From the NCBI RefSeq assembly GCF_009914755.1, contig NC_060934.1: 64,000 bases of DNA; one strand, written 5' to 3'. A program made the position numbers and the translations under genes. This DNA comes from the human T2T-CHM13v2.0 reference genome, Homo sapiens. The notes beneath the pieces were generated by a model. That model did no database searches, was not told the origin of the DNA, and saw only the letters and a program-made list of their open reading frames with translations. This document shows, one piece after another, positions 1 through 12,347 of the stretch (positions are counted from its first letter, which is position 1; each line of letters opens with the position of its first letter).

Positions 1-349
1 CTCCATAAACTGTTAAAAAGGTGGTTTGTGAGTGCAAAAGGTATATTACACTTTTAAAAAATTTTCATACACTTCAGCATTATAATATAGATAGATGGGA
101 AAACAAGCTCTTCAAGGCAGAGATTTAACAAGCTTCTTTCTGTACTTCTTGAGGTTGCTCTATGTTTGTTTCTGCTACTACCACCCACTAATAATAATAG
201 TAGTAGTAACACTAATATGTTTATTACTATTGCTTATTACTAATTTAAGTCTGTTATAGGTAGTAATGTTTAATCCCCACAACAACCTACCTCTAAGGTG
301 TCAGTATGTTAGTGTCCTTGTTTACAGAAAGGCTAAAAGAGATAAGTAA

Positions 350-1032
<683 letters not shown>

Positions 1033-1753
1033 CTCGTCATTCTTCTTATAGATATGAAACTATGTTTTGTAGTATTTGTTGCTATTACTTCATTTTCTTT
1101 CCCTTTTCCCTTAATTTGAAATCACTGTTCTGATGAATTAATTGTTTGATTGGAGATGGGTATAAGTAGTTGATGCAGTCTCAAGCTCTACTTTTTTTTT
1201 TTTTTTTTTTATCCTGATAAACGAATATCCTTGTTGGTTTTAGGAATCTTGGGTTTTAGTTCTTTTTTTTCTCATTTTTTTTCCCTGAGTGTTACTTCAC
1301 TGTCCTCTTCCTTCCAGTGTTTTAGATGAGAACTGTAATGGCCATCTGACTCCTTTTCTTCATGAGAAATATGCTCTTTTATTTCAAAATCTTTAACTAT
1401 TTTCCTGGAATTAAATAATGTTACCAGGTATGCTTCATTTCCATCATTCTTACCTAGACAAATAAACCCTTTAATTGATCTTCCTTTAGTTGTAATTTCT
1501 ACTCTTCAGTCTACTCTTGTCTTTTTTTTTTTTTTTTTTTAGTTTCTATGAATTTTAGGGTTGCCTCTTGGTTCTATCTTATAAAACCTTTTCTCGTTAC
1601 TTCTTTTACCTCTGTAGTTTTGCAAGTACTTTCTCTATCTCTCTCTCTCTCTCATTTTTATTCTTATTTTTTTCTTTCACTTGGTTTTATAGGAAACTAA
1701 TATAAGTTTTTAAAAAATTTCCTCCTTCAAATCATCTACTAAAATTTTTAGCT

Positions 1754-2173
1754 TGTTTAATGGTTAATTTCATGTGTCAACTAGGCTAGGCTATGATACT
1801 CAGCTATTTGGTCAAATATTAGGCTAGATGTTGGTGTGAAGGTATTTTTTAAAAGATGTAATTAACATTTAGATTAGCAGACTTTGAGTAAAGCTGATTA
1901 GCCTCCATAACGAGAGTGGGCCTTATTCAGTCAGTTGAAGTCATTAAGAAAAAAACGCTAAAATTTCCAGAGGAAGAAGGAATTCTACCTCCAGACTGCC
2001 TTTGCACTCAAGACTACAATGTCAACTTTTCCCTGGGGTCTAACCTGCTGGCCTGCCCTGCAGATATTGACTTGCCAGTCCCCACAATCATGAGTCAGTT
2101 CTTTAAAATAAATCTTTCTCACTGTATATATACAGCCTATTGATTCTATTTATCTAGAGAATCTAGAGTAACA
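1754..2173 (+). mobile_element. MLT2C-like ERV-L 5' LTR
   Basis: Begins tg...atggttaatttcatgtgtcaact, AATAAA at 2107, ends gagtaaca. Followed by a PBS-like tggtactgagag at 2179. Confidence 0.88.
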
Positions 2174-5100
2174 GAATTTGGTACTGAGAGCAATTCTAGA
2201 GGAACAGAATTTTAAGGATGAGTTTTATGAATTACTTCCCTAATCTGATAAGACGTAAAGGCATTAATGACTTTTCAGTAGTGAATAGAGTATTAATAAT
2301 TCATAGTGTAATGTGACAGTAGAGATATGCAAAGTATTGCCATTAGGTAATCCTATTCAGACATTTACAAGAAGCAAGGTTCTGGGCATCTGTATTTGAT
2401 ACCTTAGAACATTTTTGAGTTCTCATGAGAACAATGAGATTGGCTAGTTACTCCTAATGTAGAGAAGGAAAGGATGATCTTAGGGATTAAATTTCCCAGC
2501 TCAAGTGCCGCATGAATAACCCAAAAGTTTCTCTTTCTGCCCTGAAAGAAACTCTTATATTTTATAACAACAAAGCTGAGATTATTGAAAACCAAACCCA
2601 AAATCTCATCCTGAAAATGGCTGAATTACAGTGCAAATTGAATCCCCACCCTTTTAGGGTGTCTGCTGTTAAAATGAGGGCATTAACTGAGAAGGAATGG
2701 GATCTTGAAAACTGGAGTGCAGACATATGTGAAGAGCCTTATAAAGCTGGGTGTATCGAACCCCTTGACCCTGATGAGTCTTCCTTGCCAGTAAAAGCAG
2801 CCATGCCACCCCCATCTGAGGAGATTGATGCTACTTTACCTGAGGAAACTTTTATTACCTCCCCTGAGTTTGTTGCCTTGCAAGACATTGCTGATTCTTC
2901 TCAAGACTCACAGCCACCATCCTTCATTGCTTCTAGACCTATAACTAGACTCAAGTCCCAGCAGGCCCTTAAAGGTAAGGTACAAAGTGTGACCCATGGG
3001 GAGGTATGTTACGCTACAAAAGAGCTACATGATTTTTCCAATTTATACTGACAGAAATCTGGGAAATATTTGTGGGGAGGGATTTTAAGGGTGTGGGACA
3101 ATGGTGGAAGGAACTTAGTGTTTGATCAGGCTGAATTTATTGAAATGGGACCACAAAGAAGAGATTCTGGACTTAATATGTGGATTAGGGAGTTAGAAAG
3201 AGCTCTTACAGTTTATTTGGTTGGTTGTATTAAATGGACCAAAAGGTGGCCCAGTCTAAATGAAGATAAAATGCCAGAACTGCCTCGATATACTATATAC
3301 TGTGATCCAAAGGATTAGGGAGATTGGAATATTAGATTAGGTTTATCATTTAAGACCTGCCAACCCACCCCAGGAGGTCCAGAGGATGTACTTTTCTCAT
3401 AACTGTGAGAAATATATTTGTGAGGCGAGTCCCAGAATCCTTGAAGAATACTGTGATTGTTCTTCTCTGTAGTTCAGATATTGCAGTGGAAATTGCTGCC
3501 ACTGAGTTGGGAAACCTGAATGCAGTGGGTATAATTGGATCCCAGAGAGATAAGGGCCAGGTGGTGGCACTTGATAGCCAAAGGCAAGGTGAGCATGGTA
3601 TGGTAATAGCAGAGTCAAAGCAGCAATCAGAACAGTCTGACCTGTAGAGACCTGTGGTGTTGATTAGTTGATCATGGTGTTCCTAGAAGTGAACTAGATG
3701 GGATGTCTACTGAATTCTTCCTTGATAGGTGTAAGCAGAAGAGTTCTAGGTCAAGTGAGCAAAATTCTAACCTGAACCATAGGAACAGAGAATCACAACC
3801 AGTCAATAACTTCCCAGACTTGAGCCAGTTTACACACAGAGAACACCTTGAATGAAAGGGAGGACCCTGGCACACTGCTAAAAATGTATACTGTTAATCT
3901 TTCAGCCTTCTCCAAAGGGATCTATAGCCTTTTGCCAGGGTGACTGTACATTTGGAAAAAGAAAATAGTCAGAACTTTCAGAAACTACTGGACACTGGCT
4001 CTGAACTGACACCAATTCCAGGAGACCCAAAACATCACTGTGGTCTACAAATCAAAGCAGGGGCTTATGGAGGTCAGATAGTCAATGGAGCTTTAGTTCA
4101 AGTTCATTTCACAGTGGACTCAGTAGGTCCCTAAAACCATCTTGTGATTATTTTCCAAGCCCTGGAATGAATAATTGGAATAAACATACTCAGAAACTGG
4201 TAGAATCCCCACATTGCTTCTCTGACCTGTGGAGTGAGGAATATTATGGCAGGAAAGGGCCAGTGGAAGCCAGTAGAACTGATTCTACCTAGGAAAATAG
4301 TAAAAAAGCAAAAGCAATACTACATTCCTGAAGAGATTGCTGATATTAATGCCTCCATCAAGGACTTTAAGGATGAAGTGATGTTGATATCTATCACATC
4401 CCATTCAACTCACCTATTTGACCTACACAAAAAAGAGATGGAATTTGGAGAATGACAGTGGATTATTGTAAGCTTCCTCAGATGGTGACTCTAGTTGCAG
4501 CTGCTATACCAGATATAGTTTCATTGCCTTAGAAAATCAGCACATCTCTTCATACCTGCTATGTAGCTATTGATCTGGGAAATGCTTTTTTCTCTATACC
4601 TATTAATCAAGAACACCAAAAGTAGTTTACTTTCAGCTGGCAGGGCCAACAATACACCCTCACTGTCCTACCTCAGGGGTGTATTAACTCTTCAGCCCTA
4701 TGTTGTAATTTAGTTCTCAGGGATCTCAATCACCTTTCCCTTCCACAGGATATTACAGAGGTTTATTACATTGATGACATTGTGCTGATTGGATCTAGTG
4801 AACAAGAAGCAGCAAATGCTTTAGTCTTATTTGTCTGTCAGAGGGTAGGAGATATATCCAACAAAAATTCAGTGGCCTTCTACTTCAGTGAAATTTCTAG
4901 AGGTCCAGTGTTGTGGGACATGTGGAGATAATCATAAGGTGAAGGATAAATTGTATCTGGCTCTTCCTACAAGCAAAAAAGAGGCACAATGGCTAGTGAA
5001 CCAGGGCGTTTTGGAGGAAACATTCCTTATTTTGATGTGCTACTCTGGTCCATTTACTAAGTGATGTGAAAAGCTGCTAGTTTTGAGTGGGGCCCAAAAC

Positions 5101-6850
5101 AAGAGAAGGCTCTGAAACAGGATCAGTCTGCCATGCAAGCCTCTCTGCCACGTGGGCTGTATGATCTAGCAGATCCAGTGGTGCTTGAAGTGTCATTGGC
5201 AGATAAGGGTGCTGTTTGGACCTTTGGCAGACCCCTTTAGATGAATCACAGTGCAGGCACGTAGGATTTTAGAGCAAATTCCTGCCACCCTCTCTGGACT
5301 CTCTTTTTGAGAAACAGCTTTTGGCCTGCTACTGGGCCTTGGTAGAGACTGCTTCATAGAGAACTAAGTAGAGAATGCTTAACTATGGGCCACCAAGCCA
5401 TAAAGTTGGGCATACACAGCAGCACTCCACCATCAAATGAAAGTGGTAGATACAACATTGGGCTTGAGCAGATCCTGAAGGCACAAATAAGTTACACGAA
5501 GAAGCTGCCCAAATGCTCACTGTTCCCACCCCTGCTACATTACCTGCTCTCTTCAGCCAGCACCTGTTGTCTCATGAGGAGTTGCCTATGATCAGCTGAC
5601 AGAAGAAGAGAAGACTTGGACCTGGTCTACAGAAGGTTCTGCGTGATATAAAGGTACCAGCCAGAAGAGGACAGCTATAGCACTACAGCCCCTTTTTTGA
5701 GACATCTCTGAAGGACAGTGGTGAAGAGAAATAACTCCCAGTGGGCAGAACATTGGGTAGTGCACTTGGTGCTTTTTGTTTTTTTGTTTTTTGCTTGGAG
5801 AAATGGCCAGACGTATAAATGTGTACTGATTCATGGGCTATGTTTAATGGCTTAGCTGGATGGTCAGGGAATTTTAAGGAACATGGTTGGAAAAATTGGT
5901 GACAATAAGGTCTGGGGAAGAGGCACGTGAATAGATCTTGCTAGATAGGCACAAACACAAAGATATTTGTATCCCATGTGAATGCTCACCAAAGGTTGAT
6001 CTCAGCAGGGGCAGACTTTAATAATCAGGTGAATAGAGTGACATGCTCTATGAATATCAGCTAGACTATACCCCCAGTCACCCCTGTCATTGTGTCATTG
6101 CCCATAGGTCTCATGAACAAAGTGGCCATAATGGCAGGGATGGAGGTTATGTATGAGCTCAGCAACATGGACTTCCACTCACCAAGGCTGACCTGGCTAC
6201 AGCTGCTACTGAGTGTCCAATCTGCCAGCAACAGAGACCAACATTGAGTACCTGATGGGCACTATTCCATGGGATGATCAGCCAGCTAGCTGATGGCAGG
6301 TTGATTACACTGGGACCACTTCCATAATGCATGGAGCAGTGCTTTTTTCTTACTAGAATAGACAGTAACTCTGGGTATGGATTTGCCTTCCCTGCACACA
6401 GTGCTCCCACCAATTTACCATCTGTGGACCTACAGAATGCCTTATCCACCATCATGGTATTCCATACAGCATTGCTGTAATCAAAGAACTCACTTTGTGG
6501 CAAATACCTTGTGGCAATGGCCTCATTGCCACTATGTTACCATATTCCTTATCCTCTCAAAGCGGCTGGCTTGACAGAATGGATGAATGGCCTTTTGAAG
6601 ACTCAATTACAGTGAAAGCTAGGTGGCAGTACCTTGCAGGGCTGGGGTAATGTTCTTCAGGAGATTATACATGCCCCATGTCAGCATCCAATATATGATG
6701 CTGTTTCTACCATAGCCAAGATTCAAGAATCAAGGGGTGGAAATGGGAGTGGCACCAGTTGCCATTACCCCTAGTCATCCATTAGCATAATTTTTGCTTC
6801 CTGTTCCTGTTCCTGTGGCCTTATGCTCTGCTGGTCTAGGGGTCTTAGTG
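2174..6850 (+). mobile_element. ERV-L internal region (gag-pro-pol), decayed and 3'-truncated
   Basis: gag remnants in ORFs 2512-3051, 3070-3318 and 3405-3647. Protease LLDTGSELT (D at 3991). RT LPQG (4668) and YIDD (4767-4778) in the same frame. RNase H TDSW (~5825). Integrase CPIC (6214-6225) and WQVDY (6294). Many stops and frameshifts. Confidence 0.92.
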
Positions 6851-7857
6851 GCTCTCTTCATTAATGTTGTCTGACACTTAGGCCTTTCTGTCTGCAAACT
6901 TGAGTCTTCCTTGATGGACAACAGAGCATGGAATTATTTTTGGACCAGAGTCTAGATTTACCTAGTCTGTGGAGTCTAGAAGATTGCTGCATAATATGGA
7001 ACAAGTTACTTTGTACAGATTCTTTATTTGAAAAGTATGAATATAATAGCACCTCCCTCAAAGGTTTGTTTTGGAGTTGACAAGGTGATACATGTAGCGT
7101 ATCATGCTGCTTGAACCTGGTATGCATGTTTCACTGCATTCTGTTAGTACTCCTGCTTCTGTTTAGGGAGCTTTCCTATGATCACTTGAATTATTTCTTT
7201 TCTGCAGTGAATTCCACAGTTTGCTTCTGAAATTCGTTTTTTACATTCCCCTTGTATGCGCTGTGTCTTTTACCATTTTAATCATTATTGTAGGTTTTTT
7301 TAATCTTTTTTTTCTGAGTTCTGGGAAAATTTTTTAAGCTGATTTTCTAAACATAAATTTGTTTTTCTGTTCAATTCCTGCTTTAGGAGTTTGAGTTGAA
7401 TGATTGTGACTTTTATATGAAATCAAGCTTTTATTATTTTAGATTATTTAATTTTCACATATTTAATCTCATTTCAAAATTTAAAAAATGCTTTTTTTAC
7501 TATGAAGTAATTTATATGGTTTAGATACTGTAATAACTACTGCTAACATTGTGATGAACACTTGCCAGGCTTATTATTATTATATGACATATATCATCAT
7601 ATATCTACATAAATATGATGAAAGATCTCCCTACAAAGCCATTGTTATCACCTTTATAATTTAGTAATATAACATATTTGTTAGTAAACATAGGTATAAA
7701 GTATTGTTTTAAATAATTAATGCTCTCTTGAATTTTATTTAATATACAAATAGGAGTTTTTAAGGTGTTATCATCTTTTATAGAAAGGAGAATATTTGTT
7801 GTGATTTTTTAGAATGGTCTCCCTTTTTGAAATACCGGGTATCTTTATATATCTAGC

Positions 7858-8035
7858 TTTTTTTTTTTTTTCTTTTTTTTGTTTGAGATGGAGTCTCACT
7901 CATTCTGTCACCCAGGCTGAAGTACAGTGGCGCGGTCTCAGATCACTGCAGCCTCCGCCTCCCTGGTTCAAGCGATTCTCCTGCCTCAGTCTCCTGAGTA
8001 ACTGGGATTATAGATGTGAGCCACCGCGCCTGGCT
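7858..8035 (-). mobile_element. Alu monomer (arm-fusion structure)
   Basis: AluS right-arm sequence runs directly into the left-arm terminus gtgagccaccgcgcctggc. Confidence 0.85.
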
Positions 8036-9021
8036 GATTTTTTCTGTTCATTCATATTTATAAGGGAAAGTTTCTGTGTGCTATGTTAAAATTTGAGAAG
8101 AGTTCTGCCAGATATTATATAAATGCCTGTTCAGGTCTTGTCAGCATATTTACTAGATAAGTGGTCCATGTGATTCTGAGTAGTAAGGAGAGGTTATTGG
8201 TGAGAGAGCTGCATGGCAGAGAAGGGCCTCCTTTGCTGTGTGTGTTTCTGCTCTCACTGTGGGGATGGTGGTGGAACCAGAGCTTCAGATGTCTGTGTCA
8301 GGTGAAGAAGGAACTCCTGGAGCAGTGAAGGTTAGTAGGCCAAATAGCTGGTTTTCCCTCTCGTATTTGTTATAACAGTCCATGTTAGATGAGTCCCATA
8401 TTACTTGGAGCAATTCCCCTTGGTAGCATCCTTTTGCCACAATATCTTTGCTTTGAATAACGTCCTATCACCAGATGAAGGCTGAGAATGGACATAAAAT
8501 ATGGCTGTCTAGTTTGGGGACAGTGGTGGAATTCCATTAATCCTAGAATTTGTCTGCAGTCAACTATCAGATTTTTTTTTTCCCCTGGCCCCTGCTGCTC
8601 TGGGTTTGCAGGTTTCAGATTTGCAGGATAATATCACTCATTTACTCCCACAAAGAGTTTCTCCTCTGTTGTGTTCAGTTGCAAACTATAGGATACTTCC
8701 CTTGACTTAACCTTGCCCATGCCACTTCTAGCAGAAATTTCCAAAAGTACCTGGATGCTAATGATATCATTCTGCATTTATTAAAAACTGATTTGAAAAA
8801 TAAACATCCCATAATTGTATATTTCTTAGGTCATGCCAATAGTTTTCAGGGAGGAAATAATTTAAACTCATGGACTCAACCATTTTGAAAAGAAACTCCT
8901 AGGCCATCTTCTCTATTGGTCAAAGAGATATATGGATTTACATGTGTGAAATCCTTTCGTGAAGTCTGGGTGTGATGTATCTCCCACCTTTATCTACCAG
9001 ATGTTTCTGTTTCTGTAATAG

Positions 9022-9356
9022 ATGATTCAACACGCGTTCCTCTTGGAAAAAGCAAGGACTACATCAATGCTAGTTATATTAGAATAGTCAATTGTGGAGA
9101 AGAGTATTTTTATATCGCTACTCAAGGACCACTGCTGAGCACCATAGATGACTTTTGGCAAATGGTGTTGGAAAATAATTCAAATGTTATTGCCATGATA
9201 ACCAGAGAGATAGAAGGTGGAATTATCAAATGCTACCATTACTGGCCCATTTCTCTGAAGAAGCCATTGGAATTGAAACACTTCCGTGTATTCCTGGAGA
9301 ACTACCAGATACTTCAATATTTCATCATTCGAATGTTTCAAGTTGTGGAGAAGTCC
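9022..9356 (+). CDS. PTPN20: PTPN20 coding exon (335 bp, phase 1 to 0), N-terminal half of the PTP catalytic domain
   Basis: Acceptor ttctgtaatag and donor gtaagt. Translates (Y)DSTRVPLGKSKDYINASYIRIVNCGEEYFYIATQGPLLSTIDDFWQMVLENNSNVIAMITREIEGGIIKCYHYWP...QVVEKS, containing the classical PTP motifs DYINAS, YIATQGP, DFWQMV and KCxxYWP. Confidence 0.95.
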
Positions 9357-9629
9357 GTAAGTTTTTAAACATCAGTATTAGATATATGTTTCACCACATA
9401 AGCAGATGTCTTAGAACTAGAAGTTAGGAGTAGGATGGAAAATCGATCGATGATACTTCTTAAGTAACTTTTTACTTGTCCCTGGTACCAGAAGCCACCA
9501 CCACTTCTACTTCTCCTCAACCAGATTCTGTGGAGAAGAAAAAATTGGAAAAGAGAGGTGGGGCAGGGAGAGTGACTGTTGAAGTTGTCTGATTCTGGGT
9601 TATACCTGCCTCTGCCAAATGTAGCAGAT

Positions 9630-10700
9630 ACGTATTGAGTCCTTAAAGTATGCTAATCACTGGGCCAGGCACTATCAGTACTTACCGAATAGTGGAGAGG
9701 TTGGTTACACTCACTGATAGATACCTAACTTACCGTGTTCAGTGATAATGTTGAGATATGTCTTGGGCACTTTGGGGCTCAGAAGGTAAACACTTGGCTT
9801 TACTTGGGGTTTTGAGACAGGTTTACTGGAGGAGGTGGCATTTGTTTTGAGAATTATGCAAATGAAAAAGATGGAGGGAGAAAGTAGATGATCAAAATAT
9901 AAAATAGCATAAGGTGTGTGTAGAGACAAATATAAGTAGTTAAGTGTTTCTGAAATGTAAAAGTTCAGTGCCAGGGAGTAATAAAAGATGAGATGAGGTT
10001 CTCAAAAGTAAGCAGGGGCCAGCTAGAATGTGAAATGTCTTAAATTTCAGCTAAGTAGCATGAACTTTATTATGAAGATAATTGGGAGACATTGAAGAAT
10101 TTTAGTAAGTGACATGATCAACTACGGCTGTTGGCATGGGGGTGGAAAGCACAGACGCAAGTGTTTTGCAGATAAAATTGGGAGACATATGTGACTTATG
10201 ACTTATGATTTATAAGTGACAGAGGAGGGGTTGAAAATATATTCAATACAGTAACCACATGTGGATATTTAAGTTTAAATTTAAGTTATTTAAATTTATG
10301 TAAAATAACAAATTGAGTTCCTCACCTGCAAGTAGCCACATTTTAGGGCTTATGAGTGGCATGTTGATAGTGGCTACTATATTGCCACTATTTAAGACAT
10401 TTGCTTCAGTATAGGAAGTTCTGTTGAGAAGCATTGGTCTAGAATAATTCATGGATTCCTTGGTCTAATAGACTTAGAAAACAGAAAAGGAATGGTTTAT
10501 AGGAGAAAGCAATGAGTTAGATTGCTCTAGTGGATTCAGTTGGCAGGTAGGTGATACATGTGTTAACACGAGTGAAGGGAATAGGAGTTGAACAGGAAAC
10601 TTGCAGAGAATGGTGAGTTTTGGAGTCATCACCAAAGAAGTTGATTGGAGCACAATCACCAGGAAAAGGGTTGCTGAGTGATGCTGAGGTTTGACCCATA
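9630..10700 (+). mobile_element. L2 fragments interrupted by MER3
   Basis: tattgagtc...tgggccaggcact and purine-rich L2 3'-like sequence; degenerate. Confidence 0.5.
10240..10437. mobile_element. MER3-like hAT-Charlie DNA transposon
   Basis: ccacatgtggatatttaa...tagccacattt...agtggctac...ggaagttctgttg. Confidence 0.75.
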
Positions 10701-10789
10701 CATTTGTAGTAGCAACAAAATATGTGATTATGTGTATTTTTCTAGCAGTATAACATTGAGATCCCTGAATACAGGTTATGGGACTGATC

Positions 10790-11145
10790 CAGAGAGAGAG
10801 ATTAATTTTAAGGAGTTGGTTCAAGTGATTGTGGAGGGTTGGCAAATCTGCAGGGTGGGAAAGTAGGCTGAAGACCCAGGGAAGAATTGGAGTTTGAGTC
10901 CAAAAGCAATCTGCTGGTAGAATTCCTTCTTGCTCATGGGAGGTCAGTTTTTGTTCTCTTAAGGCCTTCAGCTGATTAGATGAAGCCAACCCACTTTATG
11001 GAGAATAACCTGCTTTACTCAAATTCTACCAATTTAAATGTTAATCTCACCTAAAAAATACCTTCACAGAGGCACAAAATAATATTTGGCCTAGTATCTG
11101 GATACCAGGGCTCAGCCAAGTTGACACATAAAATTAACTATCACA
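10790..11145 (-). mobile_element. MLT2C-like LTR, antisense
   Basis: Ends gttgacacataaaattaactatcaca, the reverse complement of the MLT2 start. Homologous to 1754-2173. Confidence 0.87.
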
Positions 11146-11629
11146 AATTTCAGTCGACACTGTGGATTAGAATAGAGCTCTGAGCACTAGCATCTTTATT
11201 CAGAAAGCTTAGGAAAAAGAGGTGCATTCGGGAGAAGCATAGGAGAAGTGAGAAACTCATTTTGAGTTCTTCCATTAGGGTCCCATGTGTGATAAAATAA
11301 GGGCCCCACACTGAGGAAAGGGTCATGATCCCTTTGGATGAGATATAGGTAAATTCAAAGTGCTTTATCTGACAATGCTGGGAAGAGTTTCATGACTCCA
11401 CTTCAAGGGGGCTCAGCACAATAGTGGGACCCAAAATCTACTCTCATGGTCATTGACTACCCTGTCTTCATCGCTGGAAGAGATCGGTGCCTCTCTTGTC
11501 AGACACCTATATGTCTTAATTAAATTTCATATGTCATTTCTAAACTAAGATACTTTGCCTTTTGGTCTTATTCCTAACATGACAGTCCATCTCTCACTCT
11601 AAGCATTTTGAAATCTTGGTTTTCCTGTA

Positions 11630-11880
11630 GCCTCATGGTACAGAAGAATGATGGTAGATTAGAATTCAAGACACCTACATTACAGTTCCAGCTCTAAACG
11701 TGTGAACCTTCTGACCTAGCATACATCTCTCGTCCCCCTCATCCTTAAATTTTCATCTGTAAAATGGAGATAAAATGGTGCCTATCTCACATGGTTGATG
11801 TGAAGATTAAAGGAGAGAATTCATGTGAAGCCCCTAGCATAGTAACTGCCACATAGCAAGTGCTTAATTTTTGTTACCTG
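11630..11880 (+). mobile_element. MIR
   Basis: tttcatctgtaaaatggagataa...gtgaagattaaa...cctagcatagta. Confidence 0.7.
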
Positions 11881-12131
11881 TTAATACTGGTATTTTTATT
11901 GTTGTTACTGTGCTCTCCTTTGTAAAATGGAGAAAACCTCTATTCCTAGCAACTTCCAGAATTCTTATAAACATCAAAAAGAGGTTTGAGTACTTTTTGA
12001 AAGTTCTATATAATACCAAGGTAATACCATATAGCCATTATTATTATCATTTGAATATTAGAAGTTGGCGTGAGGTCTCTAATATAAGAAATCAATAAAT
12101 GTCTTTCTCGCTCTGTTTCTTTCTCTAACAG

Positions 12132-12347
12132 ACGGGAACTAGTCACTCTGTAAAACAGTTGCAGTTCACCAAGTGGCCAGACCATGGCACTCCTGCCTCA
12201 GCAGATAGCTTCATAAAATATATTCGTTATGCAAGGAAGAGCCACCTTACAGGACCCATGGTTGTTCACTGCAGTGCCGGCATAGGCCGGACAGGGGTGT
12301 TCCTATGTGTGGATGTCGTGTTCTGTGCCATCGTAAAGAACTGTTCA
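12132..12347 (+). CDS. PTPN20: PTPN20 catalytic exon (216 bp, phase 0 to 0)
   Basis: Long pyrimidine tract plus aacag acceptor, gtaagt donor. TGTSHSVKQLQFTKWPDHGTPASADSFIKYIRYARKSHLTGPMVVHCSAGIGRTGVFLCVDVVFCAIVKNCS contains the WPD loop and the HCSAGIGR P-loop. Confidence 0.96.

Noticed and set aside
10790-11145. Second MLT2 LTR as the displaced 3' LTR of the provirus
   Set aside because: Opposite strand, 4 kb away across a normally oriented exon, and visibly diverged; an independent insertion is simpler.
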